From the NCBI GenBank assembly GCA_028701335.1, contig JAQVQY010000001.1, forward strand, positions 1-52,531: a stretch of DNA of 52,531 nucleotides, given 5' to 3'. Positions 22,338-33,054 of the stretch are shown piece by piece. The DNA comes from Eubacteriales bacterium. Its GTDB lineage: Bacteria > Bacillota > Clostridia > Christensenellales > Aristaeellaceae. Under the pieces are notes generated by a model. The model worked only from the letters and a program-made list of their open reading frames with translations, was not told the origin of the DNA and ran no database searches. A program made the position numbers and the translations under genes. Position 1 is the first letter of the stretch; the number at the start of each line of letters is the position of its first letter.

Positions 22338-23951
22338 ATGCCCATCCGTATAAGCGGCATTCGGCTAAGGCCGGAAAAGAATGTTGACCAAGCCGCCTTT
22401 CAGGCAGCAATAAAACGGCTTGGGCTTAAGGAAATCCAGCCCATCAGCCGCCGCATCGTTAAAAAAAGCGTGGACGCCCGGGACAAGGGTGACATCCACT
22501 TGGTTTATTCGATTGAACTGGCGTTTGAAGGAGACGAGAAAGCCCTGTTTGGCCGCTTGGCCACAGGTGCCGGTCAATGGGTGCCCGCGCCAACGCCTAC
22601 AAAATGGCATAAATCACCAGCTATTTTTCGCCCCTTGGTGGCGGGTCTGGGGCCCTGCGGCCTGTTTGCCGCCCTGGCGCTGGCCAAAGCGGGGCTCAAG
22701 CCCCTGGTGCTGGAGCGGGGCGAGCCGGTGGACGCAAGGAGGAAAACAGCCCAGCGATTCCTTCAAACCGGGGAACTGGACCCGGAGAGCAACCTTTTGT
22801 TTGGCGAGGGCGGCGCCGGCGCGTTTTCTGACGGCAAGCTCACCACCGGCACCAGCAGCCAGCTTAACCGCCAGGTACTGGAGATCCTGGCGGAGCACGG
22901 CGCGCCGGAGGAGATCCTCTACCTCTCCCGCCCCCATATGGGCACGGACCTTTTGCCCCGGGTGGTGGCCTCCATCCGCCGGGAAATCGAATCCCTGGGC
23001 GGGCAGGTCATGTTTGGATCCAGGTTAACGGAGGCGGTCCATGAACAGGGGCGGCTGATCGGCGTGCGATGCGCCCAGGGGGGCGCCATAAAGGAATACT
23101 CCTGCGATGCCCTGATCCTGGCCCTGGGCCACTCCGCCCGGGACACCATCACGGATTTTTATCAAGCCGGCCTGGCCCATTCACCAAAACCCTTCTCCAT
23201 CGGCCTGCGCATAGAGCATTCCCAGGAGATGGTTGACCGAGCCCAATACGGCAAAGAGGCCGAAAACGGCCTCCTGCCGCCGGCGGAATACCACCTGGCC
23301 GCGCGAACCGCATCCGGCCGGGGCGCCTACACATTCTGCATGTGCCCGGGCGGCCAGGTGGTGCCCGCCGCCAGCGAGAAAGGTATGCTTTGCATCAACG
23401 GCATGAGCCCCTATCTCAGGGACGGCCGCAACGCCAACGCGGCGCTGCTGGTGGATGTAAGGCCTGAAGATTATATGCAAGGGGATGATCCCTTGAGTGG
23501 CTTTCATTTCCAGCGCCGTTACGAGCGCCTGGCCTTTGACCTGGGCGGCGGGGGCTACCGCGCGCCGGTGCAGCTGGTGGGCGATTTCCTTGCCGGGCGG
23601 CCTTCAACCGCGCTTGGCGCGCTGCAGCCTACTATCCTCCCCGGCTATATCCTCACGGACCTGAGCCCCGCGCTTCCCGATTTCGCGGCGGCGGGCATCA
23701 GGGAGGCCATCCAGCATTTTAACCGGCGGCTTAAGGGCTTCGCCCGGCCGGACGCCCTGCTCACCGGCGTGGAAACCCGCTCCTCCTGCCCGGTGCAGGC
23801 CCATCGGGACGAGCGCTTCAGGGGAACGCTGCCTGGCGTCTACCCAGCCGGAGAGGGCGCGGGCCGCGCGGGGGGCATCATGTCAGCCGCCGTGGACGGC
23901 CTGAGATGCGCCCGGATGATGATGGAAAACGCAGCGGCCGGCAGCCTGTAA
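22338..23951 (+). CDS. FAD-dependent protein (COG2509-type uncharacterised dehydrogenase)
   Basis: Contains a GLGPCGLFAALALAKAG dinucleotide fold and AGEGAGRAGGIMSAAVDG near the C-terminus. ATG 22338 lies 6 nt after GGGAGG. Confidence 0.83.
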   Translation: MPIRISGIRLRPEKNVDQAAFQAAIKRLGLKEIQPISRRIVKKSVDARDKGDIHLVYSIELAFEGDEKALFGRLATGAGQWVPAPTPTKWHKSPAIFRPLVAGLGPCGLFAALALAKAGLKPLVLERGEPVDARRKTAQRFLQTGELDPESNLLFGEGGAGAFSDGKLTTGTSSQLNRQVLEILAEHGAPEEILYLSRPHMGTDLLPRVVASIRREIESLGGQVMFGSRLTEAVHEQGRLIGVRCAQGGAIKEYSCDALILALGHSARDTITDFYQAGLAHSPKPFSIGLRIEHSQEMVDRAQYGKEAENGLLPPAEYHLAARTASGRGAYTFCMCPGGQVVPAASEKGMLCINGMSPYLRDGRNANAALLVDVRPEDYMQGDDPLSGFHFQRRYERLAFDLGGGGYRAPVQLVGDFLAGRPSTALGALQPTILPGYILTDLSPALPDFAAAGIREAIQHFNRRLKGFARPDALLTGVETRSSCPVQAHRDERFRGTLPGVYPAGEGAGRAGGIMSAAVDGLRCARMMMENAAAGSL

Positions 23952-23995
23952 TGAAAAGTGCTATACTCAAACGAAAATTCGGGAGGTAAGGAATC

Positions 23996-25141
23996 ATGCT
24001 GCTGATCAAAGGCGGAGAAATCCACGATGGTATTAAGGAGAAAGGTTTTATCGCTGACATCCTGGTGGAAGGCGGAAAAATCAAGCGCGTTGGAAAAAAC
24101 ATCCGGGTACCCAAAAGCGCCAAAGAGGTGGACGCCAGGGGGCTATTGGTCTATCCCGGTTTTATTGACGCCCACAGCCACCTGGGCATGGACGGCTTCG
24201 GAATCGGCTATGAAGGCGCGGATTACAATGAATTAAATGATATTTTGAGCCCCCAGCTTCGGGGCATTGACGGCTTCAAACCCATACAGCCCACCCTGAA
24301 GGAGGCTGCCCTGGCCGGTGTCACCACAGTGAACACCGGCCCCGGCAGCGCCAATGTGCTGGGCGGCACCTTTGTGGCGGTAAAGACCGTTGGCATCCGG
24401 GCGGATGATATGGTGGTAAAGCGTGAGACCGCCATGAAATGCGCCTTCGGCGAGAACCCCAAGCGCGTCTACCGGGACAAAACGGATTCCAGCCGCATGA
24501 CCACCGCCGCCAAACTGCGGGAGATGCTCTTTAAAGCCCGGGAGTACGCGGACAAAAAGGCAGCCGCCGGGGATGACACCTCAAAGCAGCCCGCGTTTGA
24601 TATGAAGCTGGAAGCCCTGCTCCCGGTCCTTAGCGGGGAGATGCCCCTAAAGGCCCACGCCCACGCCACCGAGGACATCTTCACCGCCGTCCGCATCGCC
24701 CGGGAGTTTGGCGTGGGGATCACCCTGGAGCATGTCACCGAGGGGCATATGATCGCCGATGATCTGGTAAAGGAGAACATTCCCCTGGCAATTGGCCCCT
24801 CCCTCACCCACGCCAGCAAGTTTGAACTGCGCAACAAAACCTTTGACACCCCCGGCGTATTGGCCAAAGCCGGCTGCCAGGTGTCAATCATCACCGACGC
24901 GCCGGTCATCCCGCAGGAATACCTGCCCCTGTGCGCTGCCCTGGCGGTCAAGTCCGGCATGGACCCCTTCCAGGCCCTGCAGGCCATCACTATCAACCCA
25001 GCCCGCCACTGCGGTATCCAGCAGCGTGTGGGCAGCCTGGAAGCCGGCAAGGACGCCGATATCCTCCTGTTTGAAGCGGACCCCTTCCTGCTGGCCTCAA
25101 AGCCTGTCAAAGTGTTCGTGCTGGGTGAAGAGGTGAAGTGA
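23996..25141 (+). CDS. amidohydrolase family protein
   Basis: Contains GFIDAHSHLG (HxH metal site) and a C-terminal GSLEAGKDADILLF motif. The RBS is GGGAGG. Confidence 0.87.
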   Translation: MLLIKGGEIHDGIKEKGFIADILVEGGKIKRVGKNIRVPKSAKEVDARGLLVYPGFIDAHSHLGMDGFGIGYEGADYNELNDILSPQLRGIDGFKPIQPTLKEAALAGVTTVNTGPGSANVLGGTFVAVKTVGIRADDMVVKRETAMKCAFGENPKRVYRDKTDSSRMTTAAKLREMLFKAREYADKKAAAGDDTSKQPAFDMKLEALLPVLSGEMPLKAHAHATEDIFTAVRIAREFGVGITLEHVTEGHMIADDLVKENIPLAIGPSLTHASKFELRNKTFDTPGVLAKAGCQVSIITDAPVIPQEYLPLCAALAVKSGMDPFQALQAITINPARHCGIQQRVGSLEAGKDADILLFEADPFLLASKPVKVFVLGEEVK

Positions 25142-25169
25142 GCAGGCCGGTCCCATGGAGAACATTGAA

Positions 25170-25208
25170 TTTACGTTGATTTTACATCCTCATCAACAAG
25201 GGTTTACA
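25170..25208 (+). promoter_or_regulatory. Pho box array (four hexamers at 11-bp phasing) upstream of pstS
   Basis: TTTACG-5-TTTACA-5-ATCAAC-5-TTTACA matches the Firmicute PhoP consensus TT(A/T/C)ACA. A possible -10, TATGGT, lies at 25218-23. Confidence 0.6.
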
Positions 25209-25257
25209 CAGGCCGGGTATGGTCATGCTGTACCACATTTTAGGAGGAAAACAATTC

Positions 25258-26133
25258 GTGAAGATCAGAAAAATCCTGGCCCTGGCACTGGCCCTCACCG
25301 CGCTTTCCGCAGTGGCGATGGCTGAGTTTGACGCTTCAAAGACCATCTCCGTCATCTCCCGTGAAGAGGGCAGCGGCACCCGCGGCGCCTTTCTTGAGCT
25401 CACCGGCATCCTGGCCAAGGACGCCCAGGGCGTGGAAGTGGACCACACCTACGCCGAAGCCATTATCTCCAACGGCACGAACCTGGTCCTGACCACCGTG
25501 GCCGGCAACGACGCCGCCATCGGCTACGCCTCCCTATCCTCAGTGCTGCACAATGACACCGTCAAGGCCCTGAAGGTTGAAGGCGTTGAGGCAACCACCG
25601 AAAACATTTTAAACGGCACCTACAGGATCGCCCGCCCCTTCAACGCTGTCACCAGGGGCGAACTCACCGATCCCCTGGCCGTTGACTTCATGCAGTTCGT
25701 TTTGAGCAAAGAGGGCCAGGCGATCGTGATGGAGGACGGCCTGGTATCCGATGTCAACAATGAAACCCCTTCCTATACAGCCGCCAACCTGGCCGGCAGC
25801 CTGACCGTGGGCGGCTCCACCTCCGTGGCCCCCGTCATGGAACTCCTGGCGGAAGCCTACATGGAGTATAATCCGGACGCGGTCATCGAAGTGCAGTCCA
25901 CCGGCTCCTCCGCCGGCGTCACCGGCGCGCTTGACGGAACCTATGACATCGGTATGGCTTCCCGCGCGCTTAAAGACAGCGAAATGGAAAAGGGTGCTGA
26001 GGCTATCGTCATCGGCACCGATGGCATCGCCGTGGTTGTCAACCTGAATAATCCTGTGGAGGATATCACCGTGGAGCAGGTGCGCCAGGTGTTCACCGGC
26101 GAGGTTGCTGTCTGGGCCGATCTGGCCAGGTAA
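25258..26133 (+). CDS. pstS: phosphate ABC transporter substrate-binding protein
   Basis: Contains SREEGSGTRGAF and GGSTSVAPV motifs of the PstS/PBP family. GTG 25258 lies 9 nt after TAGGAGGA. The signal peptide is KIRKILALALALTALSAVAMA. Confidence 0.9.
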   Translation: MKIRKILALALALTALSAVAMAEFDASKTISVISREEGSGTRGAFLELTGILAKDAQGVEVDHTYAEAIISNGTNLVLTTVAGNDAAIGYASLSSVLHNDTVKALKVEGVEATTENILNGTYRIARPFNAVTRGELTDPLAVDFMQFVLSKEGQAIVMEDGLVSDVNNETPSYTAANLAGSLTVGGSTSVAPVMELLAEAYMEYNPDAVIEVQSTGSSAGVTGALDGTYDIGMASRALKDSEMEKGAEAIVIGTDGIAVVVNLNNPVEDITVEQVRQVFTGEVAVWADLAR

Positions 26134-26136
26134 TTT

Positions 26137-27000
26137 ATGCGACAACGGAAAAACGTTTCCGAAGGACTCATGCGGGGGCTGTTTCTGGCCTCCGCATGCG
26201 TCTGCATTCTGGCGGTAGGCGTCATCTGCTATTTCCTGTTTGCCAACGGGCTGCCCTTCTTCTCCCAGTATTCTGTGGTGGGCTTCATCACAGGCACTGA
26301 GTGGGCCCCGCTGCGCGGCGTGTTTGGCATCCTGCCGATGATTGTGGGATCCTTTGTCATCACCCTGGGCGCGCTCCTCCTGGGCGCGCCGATCGGGGTG
26401 CTGACCGCTGTCATGATGGCGCGCTTCGCTTCAGGCCGGGTCGTCAGGCTGATGAAGCCGGCCGTTGCCCTGCTGGCGGGTATCCCTTCAGTGGTGTACG
26501 GCTTCTTTGGCCTGATGCTGCTGGTCCCCTTCACGCGCAATACCCTGGGCGGCGATGGGCTGAGCATCCTGGTGGCCTCCGTCCTTTTGGCGATCATGAT
26601 CCTGCCCACCATTATCCAGACTTCCCAGGCGGCCATTGAGGCCGTGCCGGACGCCTATTACGAGGGCAGCCTGGCGCTGGGAGCTACCCATGAGAGCAGC
26701 GTGTTCCGAGCGGTGCTGCCGGCGGCGCGATCGGGGATTATCTCGGGCATCGTGCTGGGGGTCGGCCGCGCCATCGGGGAGACCACCGCCGTCCTGATGG
26801 TGGCGGGCAACCAGGCGCGCCTGCCCACCAGCTTACTTAAGGGTGTCAGGACGCTGACAGTCAATGTCCTGCTGGAAATGGGCTACGCGGCAGAACTGCA
26901 CCGTGAGTCGCTGATCGCCACGGGCGTCGTGCTGTTCATCATCATTATGGCCATCAACTTCGTCTTTTCCTTTGTCAACCGCAGGAGGGTGCTGCAATGA
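26137..27000 (+). CDS. pstC: phosphate ABC transporter permease PstC
   Basis: Polytopic, with the EAA-type loop EGSLALGATHESSVFRAVLPAARSG. It follows pstS. Confidence 0.94.
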   Translation: MRQRKNVSEGLMRGLFLASACVCILAVGVICYFLFANGLPFFSQYSVVGFITGTEWAPLRGVFGILPMIVGSFVITLGALLLGAPIGVLTAVMMARFASGRVVRLMKPAVALLAGIPSVVYGFFGLMLLVPFTRNTLGGDGLSILVASVLLAIMILPTIIQTSQAAIEAVPDAYYEGSLALGATHESSVFRAVLPAARSGIISGIVLGVGRAIGETTAVLMVAGNQARLPTSLLKGVRTLTVNVLLEMGYAAELHRESLIATGVVLFIIIMAINFVFSFVNRRRVLQ

Positions 27001-27914
27001 GCCAGAGCGTGGACGCCGGGGCGGACCGGCGGCAAATCGACATATCCGTGCCGACACGCGGACGCGCGCCCTGGGGCTCCAGGGCGCTCAAGTGGCTGTG
27101 CTGGCTGGCCGGCGCCATCACTATGGGCGTGCTCCTGCTAATCGTGTCCTATATCCTGGCCAATGGCATTCCCGAGTTTTTCTTCAGGGATGAAGAGGGC
27201 GTGCTGCGTTTCAAGGACCAGCTGTTCGCCGTCAGGTACAGTTCAAAGAACCTCTCCATGTTCCCCGCCATCATCAATACCCTTTCCATGACGGGGCTTT
27301 CCCTCCTCTTCTCCGTCCCCCTGGGCGTGGGCGGAGGCATTTACCTGGCGGAATATGCCAAGCCCAACAGCAAACTGGTCAAGGTCATCCGCGTGACAGC
27401 GGAAACCCTGGCCGGCATCCCGTCAATCATCTACGCGCTGTTTGGCATGCTTGTTTTTGTGGTCACCCTGGGCCTGGGCATTTCCATGGTGGCCGGCGCC
27501 CTGACCCTTGGCACCATGACCCTGCCGATGATCCTCCGGCAGACGGAGGAGAGCCTCCTGGGGGTGCCGATGAGCTACCGGGAGGGCAGCTATGGCCTGG
27601 GCGCCGGAAAACTGCGCACCACCATCCGGATCGTCCTGCCGGTGGCGATGCCTGGCATCCTGGCCGCGGTGCTCTTGTCCATCGGGCGCATATCAGGCGA
27701 AACGGCCGCCCTTATCTTTACTTCAGGCACCGGCACCAGGATCGCGGGCCTCAATGATTCCGGGCGCACGCTGGCCGTCCACCTCTTCAAGCTGCAGGAG
27801 GAAGGCCGGGCCGTGGGGGCTTCGTTCGCGGTGGCGGTGGTGCTGCTCATCATCGTTGTGCTGATGAACGCGCTCTCGGCCTACGTCGCCAAAAAACTCA
27901 CAACGAAAGGCTGA
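26997..27914 (+). CDS. pstA: phosphate ABC transporter permease PstA
   Basis: Contains [26 protein letters not shown]. It overlaps pstC by 4 nt. Confidence 0.94.
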   Translation: MSQSVDAGADRRQIDISVPTRGRAPWGSRALKWLCWLAGAITMGVLLLIVSYILANGIPEFFFRDEEGVLRFKDQLFAVRYSSKNLSMFPAIINTLSMTGLSLLFSVPLGVGGGIYLAEYAKPNSKLVKVIRVTAETLAGIPSIIYALFGMLVFVVTLGLGISMVAGALTLGTMTLPMILRQTEESLLGVPMSYREGSYGLGAGKLRTTIRIVLPVAMPGILAAVLLSIGRISGETAALIFTSGTGTRIAGLNDSGRTLAVHLFKLQEEGRAVGASFAVAVVLLIIVVLMNALSAYVAKKLTTKG

Positions 27915-27918
27915 AAGC

Positions 27919-28722
27919 ATGACCAACTTCGCCCAGAACAGCAGGACTGTTTCCACAGGAGAGGAGAACCGGGTCAAGTTTGACATCCGGGACGTCGACC
28001 TGTTTTACGGCAGTTTCCAGGCGCTCAAAAAAATCAATATGCGGATATCTAAGCGCCAGGTGACCGCCCTCATCGGGCCCTCCGGCTGCGGGAAATCCAC
28101 CCTCCTCAAGTCCTTAAACCGCATGAACGACCTGATCCCCGACTGCAGGCTGACCGGCCAGGTGCTGCTTGACGGCATGGACATTTACGCCGGCGGCACG
28201 GACGTCAACCAACTGCGCAAGCGCGTGGGCATGGTGTTTCAAAAACCCAACCCCTTTCCCATGTCCATCTATGACAATATCGCCTACGGGCCCCGCACCC
28301 ATGGCGTCAGGGGGAAGCTGAAGCTGGACGCCATTGTGGAGAACGCCCTGAAGAAGGCGGCGCTGTGGGATGAGGTGAAGGATGACCTGCGCAAGAGCGC
28401 CATGGCCATCTCTGGAGGTCAGCAGCAGCGCCTGTGCATCGCCCGCTGCCTGGCGGTGCAGCCGGAAGTCCTTCTGATGGACGAGCCCACCAGCGCGCTG
28501 GACCCCATCTCCACCTCCAAAATCGAGGACCTTGTGCTGGAAATCAAAAAAGAATATACTGTGGTCATCGTCACCCACAATATGCAGCAGGCGGCCCGGA
28601 TCAGCGACCTGACCTCATTCTTCCTTCTTGGTGAGATGATTGAGATGGACCAGACGGCGCGCCTTTTCTCTAATCCCGCCGATAAGCGGACAGAAAATTA
28701 TATCACGGGGAGATTTGGTTGA
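27919..28722 (+). CDS. pstB: phosphate ABC transporter ATP-binding protein
   Basis: Contains [22 protein letters not shown] and [11 protein letters not shown], plus the C-terminal YITGRFG typical of PstB. Confidence 0.97.
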   Translation: MTNFAQNSRTVSTGEENRVKFDIRDVDLFYGSFQALKKINMRISKRQVTALIGPSGCGKSTLLKSLNRMNDLIPDCRLTGQVLLDGMDIYAGGTDVNQLRKRVGMVFQKPNPFPMSIYDNIAYGPRTHGVRGKLKLDAIVENALKKAALWDEVKDDLRKSAMAISGGQQQRLCIARCLAVQPEVLLMDEPTSALDPISTSKIEDLVLEIKKEYTVVIVTHNMQQAARISDLTSFFLLGEMIEMDQTARLFSNPADKRTENYITGRFG

Positions 28723-29393
28723 TGCGCAGGAGATTTGATGAACAGCTGCTGGAGCTGAACAAAGAGATGATCACCATGGGCAGCCTGATTGAGCAGGCCA
28801 TTGAGAGCGCCGGCGAGGTGGTGGTCAGCCGGGACGTGGAAGCGGCCCAGGTCATCATGCGGGGAGACCAGGAAATCGACCGGATGGAGCGGGATATTGA
28901 AGCCATGTGCTTAAAGCTCCTCCTGATGCAGCAGCCCGTTGCCAGCGACCTCAGGCTGATTTCCTCGGCCCTTAAGATGATCACCGACATGGAGCGCATC
29001 GGTGACCAGTCAGCGGACATCGCTGAGATCATCACCATGCCGGTGGAAGGCGATATCATCCCCTTCCCGGCGCAGCTGCAGCAGATGGCCAGGGAAACGG
29101 CTAAAATGGTGCGCCGGTCTGTGGACGCCTATGTCACCCGGGACGCCCAACTGGCCCGGGATGTGATTATGAGTGATGACGTGGTGGATGATCTCTTTGA
29201 CGAAGTAAAAAATGAGCTGATCAGGATGATGAACAGCTACGCCAAAACCGGTCTTAAAGCCAACGGCATGCAGCTGCTTGATATGCTGATGATCGCCAAG
29301 TATTTTGAGCGCAGCGCTGACCACGCCACCAACATCGCCGAATGGGTGGAGTACGCGGTCACCGGGAAATACAAGGGGGATGTGCTGCAGTGA
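28719..29393 (+). CDS. phoU: phosphate signalling complex protein PhoU
   Basis: Has two PhoU repeats with DxxxD-type motifs ([34 protein letters not shown]). Confidence 0.95.
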   Translation: MMRRRFDEQLLELNKEMITMGSLIEQAIESAGEVVVSRDVEAAQVIMRGDQEIDRMERDIEAMCLKLLLMQQPVASDLRLISSALKMITDMERIGDQSADIAEIITMPVEGDIIPFPAQLQQMARETAKMVRRSVDAYVTRDAQLARDVIMSDDVVDDLFDEVKNELIRMMNSYAKTGLKANGMQLLDMLMIAKYFERSADHATNIAEWVEYAVTGKYKGDVLQ

Positions 29394-30073
29394 TTTACTC
29401 GGTGGAAGATGACCAGGCGATCCGCGACCTCCTGCTGTATACCTTGAAGCAGGCGGGCTATGAGGCGGAAGGCTTCGCGGACGGCCAGGCGTTCCAGGCG
29501 GCTCTGGCCCAAAGGCTGCCCAAGCTGGTGCTGCTTGACCAGATGTTGCCCGGGATGGATGGGGAGCGCCTGCTCGTCCAGATGCGCCGGAATGAGCGCA
29601 CCCGCCATATCCCTGTGATTATGCTGACCGCCAGGGACTCAGAAATGGACAAGGTCCGCTCACTGGATGCCGGCGCCGATGACTATATCGTGAAGCCTTT
29701 CGGGGTGATGGAGTTGCTTTCCCGCATCCGCGCCGTGCTCAGGAGAAGCGAAAAAAAGCATAAACTGGAGCGCCTTGCCCTGGGCCCGATTGAGATGGAT
29801 CCGGGCCGCCGGGAGGTGAAAGTCAGCGGGGAACCGGTCACCCTCACCAATCTGGAGTTCCGCCTGCTGCAGTTCCTCCTGTCAAACCCAGGGCTGGTCT
29901 TCACCCGGGAACAGCTGCTGGATAACGTCTGGGACACGGGCTATGCCGGGGACACCCGCACCGTGGATATGCATGTGCGCACCCTCAGGGTCAAGCTTGG
30001 GGAGGGCGCCGGGTATATTCAAACGGTGCGCGGCGTTGGCTACAAGCTGGCCGAAACGCCCGGGCAGGCCTGA
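29390..30073 (+). CDS. OmpR/PhoB-family response regulator (PhoP/PhoB-like)
   Basis: The receiver domain has VLLDQMLPGMDG and IMLTARD. The winged-helix part has LTNLEFRLLQFL and VDMHVRTLRVKL. GTG 29390 overlaps the phoU stop (GTGA) and lies behind AAGGGGGA. Confidence 0.93.
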   Translation: MIYSVEDDQAIRDLLLYTLKQAGYEAEGFADGQAFQAALAQRLPKLVLLDQMLPGMDGERLLVQMRRNERTRHIPVIMLTARDSEMDKVRSLDAGADDYIVKPFGVMELLSRIRAVLRRSEKKHKLERLALGPIEMDPGRREVKVSGEPVTLTNLEFRLLQFLLSNPGLVFTREQLLDNVWDTGYAGDTRTVDMHVRTLRVKLGEGAGYIQTVRGVGYKLAETPGQA

Positions 30074-30092
30074 GGCGGGGAGGAAGCGCCGG

Positions 30093-31757
30093 ATGAGAAA
30101 GCGGATATTCATCAGTTTCATCGCCCTGATCCTTGTTTTTGGCACCCTGTCGTCCCTGCTTGTAGCCAGCATCATCTCCACCGTCATCCCGGGCCAGGTG
30201 ATGAACCGCCTATGGGCGGAAACGGCCCTGGTCATGTCACGGATGGAAACCTCCGGCGCCGAAGCGGCGTTTGAGAACCTGATCAGCACCTCCCGGGTCA
30301 CCCACATCGCCCCGGACGGCACGGTGCTTTTTGACAGCACAGGCATTGAGGATCTGGACAACCACACCGGGCGGAAGGAAGTGCAGGCGGCGCTGAACAC
30401 CGGTGAGGGGAGCGCTGTGCGTTACTCCCGCACCCTGCGCGCCAACCTGATCTATGTGGCTACCCTTCTCCCGGACGGCAGCGTGCTTCGCCTGGCCACC
30501 TCTGAGAGCGCCAGCCGGGAAATGACGGGCAGCATGCTTCCCTGGCAGATATTTGGCACCGTGGCCATCCTCATCCTGTGCCTGCCTTTGGCCGCCTGGC
30601 TCACCTCACTTCTGGTCAAACCCATTCTGGAAATCGATCTGGACAGCCCGGATGACAGCCTGGTGTATGAGGAGCTGATGCCCCTGGTGCGCCGTATCGA
30701 TGAACAGGCCAGGCAAAACCGCCAGCAGCTGGAAACCCTCAGTGACCGCCGCCAGGAGCTGGACGCCCTGCTGGGCGGCATGCAGGAGGGTTTTATTGCC
30801 ATGGATGAAGACCAGCGCATCCTTTTGATCAATGGCAGCGCCTGCCGCATGCTGGGCGTGGACCACAGCTGGGCGCTGGGGAAAACGGTGCCTGAGATAA
30901 ACCGCCGCCGGGAGATGCTACTTCTGCTTTCAGAACTGAAGGAAAAGGGCTGCGCCCAGGGCATGATGGCCCGGGGCGGGCGAAGCTACATACTGTCTAC
31001 CAGCACGGTGCCCCACGGCCGCGGCGCGGTGCTGCTGATCAGCGACCAGACGGAAAAGGTGGAGGGCGAGGAGATGCGCAAGCGCTTCACCGCCAACGTC
31101 TCCCATGAGCTGCGCACCCCGCTGACCACCATTTTTGGTTACGCGGAGATGCTGGACAAGGGCATGGTGATGCAGGAGGACATCCCCGCCATCAGCGGCG
31201 TGATTTTAAAGGAAAGCAGGCGGATGCTCTCCCTGGTGGAGGACATCCTGCGCCTGTCCAGGCTGGATGAGGGCTTCCCCGGGGGCGCCCACGCGCGGGT
31301 CAGCCTGGCTGACACGACCAGCATCGCCTGCGAATCCCTGCGCCCGGCAGCCAGGGAGCTGGGCGTCACGGTCAACTATGAGGGGGAAGAAGCTTTTGTC
31401 CGGGGTGACCGGACGCTGCTGGGCGAGCTCTGCTCCAACCTTATCGATAACGCCATCAAGTATAACCAGCCCGGCGGAAGCGTCAGGGTCAGGGTGGAAG
31501 TAAAGGATCGCCAGGCGGTCCTTACGGTGGCTGACACCGGCATCGGCATCGAGCCGGAGCATCAGCCCCATATTTTCGAGCGCTTCTACCGCACGGACAA
31601 AAGCCGCTCCAAGGCCACCGGAGGCACCGGCCTGGGCCTTTCCATCGTGAAGCACGCCGCGGAATACCACGGCGCCAGGATATCCCTTGACAGCGCGCCC
31701 GGGCGCGGCACCACCATCAGCGTGGCTTTTCCCGAACCAGATAATGAAGGGGCATGA
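30093..31757 (+). CDS. sensor histidine kinase (PhoR-like)
   Basis: Two TM segments, H-box FTANVSHELRTPLT, N-box NLIDNAIKYN and G-boxes DTGIGI / GGTGLGLSIV. ATG 30093 follows GGGGAGGAAG. Confidence 0.92.
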   Translation: MRKRIFISFIALILVFGTLSSLLVASIISTVIPGQVMNRLWAETALVMSRMETSGAEAAFENLISTSRVTHIAPDGTVLFDSTGIEDLDNHTGRKEVQAALNTGEGSAVRYSRTLRANLIYVATLLPDGSVLRLATSESASREMTGSMLPWQIFGTVAILILCLPLAAWLTSLLVKPILEIDLDSPDDSLVYEELMPLVRRIDEQARQNRQQLETLSDRRQELDALLGGMQEGFIAMDEDQRILLINGSACRMLGVDHSWALGKTVPEINRRREMLLLLSELKEKGCAQGMMARGGRSYILSTSTVPHGRGAVLLISDQTEKVEGEEMRKRFTANVSHELRTPLTTIFGYAEMLDKGMVMQEDIPAISGVILKESRRMLSLVEDILRLSRLDEGFPGGAHARVSLADTTSIACESLRPAARELGVTVNYEGEEAFVRGDRTLLGELCSNLIDNAIKYNQPGGSVRVRVEVKDRQAVLTVADTGIGIEPEHQPHIFERFYRTDKSRSKATGGTGLGLSIVKHAAEYHGARISLDSAPGRGTTISVAFPEPDNEGA

Positions 31758-31869
31758 GGCGGGCCGTCAAAAAAGCCATTGCATCGCTGGCGGGAATACG
31801 GTAGTTTTTTTCTTCCTTTGGGACCCCTTGGGGTATACTCCTGCAATATGATGGTTCAATGGAGCGTTA

Positions 31870-33054
31870 ATGTTTACAAACCCTGAAGTGAAAGCCTTGC
31901 CCTTGGCTGAACGGCGCCGGCGTTACCGGGAGATTGCCCTGGCATTTCTGCGCCTGGGCGTAGTGGCCTTTGGCGGCCCGGCAGCGCACATCGCTATGAT
32001 GGAAGAAGAACTTATCCAGAAGCGCAAGTGGGCAAGCCTCGAAAAGCTCATGGATTTCCTGGGAGCCACCAACCTGATCCCCGGGCCCAACTCAACGGAG
32101 ATGGCCCTTCACCTGGGCTTTGCCCGGGGCGGGCTCATGGGGCTGTTGATCGCGGGCGTGTGCTTCATTCTGCCGGCCGTGCTGTCCGTCCTTCTGTTCG
32201 CCTTCCTCTACGCGCGCCACGGCCATGTGAGCGAGCTGGCAGGGGTGATGGACGGCATCAAGCCGGTGGTGATGGCGGTTATCCTTCAGGCGCTTCTGCG
32301 CCTGGGAAAAACTGTTATCACGGGGCCTCTGGCATCAGCGGCGGCGGCGGCGGTCATCGCGCTAAACCTTATGGGAATATCAGAAATCCCCCTGCTCCTG
32401 CTGGCAGGCGTTGCCGTGATGCTCATTAAGAACCGCGGCCGTTTGAGCGGCCGCCTGGCCGCCCTGCCCCTGTTGTCGCCATTGGCTCCACCGGCCTCAG
32501 AACTGGCTGTAAGCATAAGCGCCGCGCCCCTGGGCACAGCCGGCCTTTTCTTCACTTTTTTAAAGATCGGCGCCTTTCTTTACGGCTCGGGTTATGTGCT
32601 TTTGGCCTTCCTCGAGAGCGAATTTGTGACCCGCCTGGGCGTCCTCTCCAACCAGCAGCTGCTGGACGCGGTGGCCGTTGGCCAGTTCACCCCCGGCCCG
32701 GTCTTTACCACCGCCACCTTTATCGGCTACCTCTTGGGCGGCGCGGGCGGCGCCGCGGCCGCCACGGCGGGCATCTTCCTGCCCTCTTTCATACTGGTCA
32801 TCTTCTTGAACCCCATCATCCCCCGGCTCAGGGCGTCCAAATGGCTGTCCGCCGCCCTGGACGGTGTCAACGCCGCCTCCCTGGCCTTGATGGCCGTGGT
32901 CAGCGTAAAGCTGGGCATCTCCTCCATCACCGGCTGGTTCACAGCGCTTCTGGCGGTGTTCTCCCTCATAGCCCTCCTGCGTTTCAAGGTGAATTCCTTC
33001 TACCTGATCCTTGCGGGCGGGCTGCTGGGTTACTTATATCAGTTGGTGTATTAG
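31870..33054 (+). CDS. chrA: chromate transporter family protein (full-length, two CHR domains)
   Basis: Contains FGGPAAHIAMMEEELIQKRKW in the first half and VAVGQFTPGPVFTTATFIGY in the second half. The protein is 394 aa. Confidence 0.9.
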   Translation: MFTNPEVKALPLAERRRRYREIALAFLRLGVVAFGGPAAHIAMMEEELIQKRKWASLEKLMDFLGATNLIPGPNSTEMALHLGFARGGLMGLLIAGVCFILPAVLSVLLFAFLYARHGHVSELAGVMDGIKPVVMAVILQALLRLGKTVITGPLASAAAAAVIALNLMGISEIPLLLLAGVAVMLIKNRGRLSGRLAALPLLSPLAPPASELAVSISAAPLGTAGLFFTFLKIGAFLYGSGYVLLAFLESEFVTRLGVLSNQQLLDAVAVGQFTPGPVFTTATFIGYLLGGAGGAAAATAGIFLPSFILVIFLNPIIPRLRASKWLSAALDGVNAASLALMAVVSVKLGISSITGWFTALLAVFSLIALLRFKVNSFYLILAGGLLGYLYQLVY

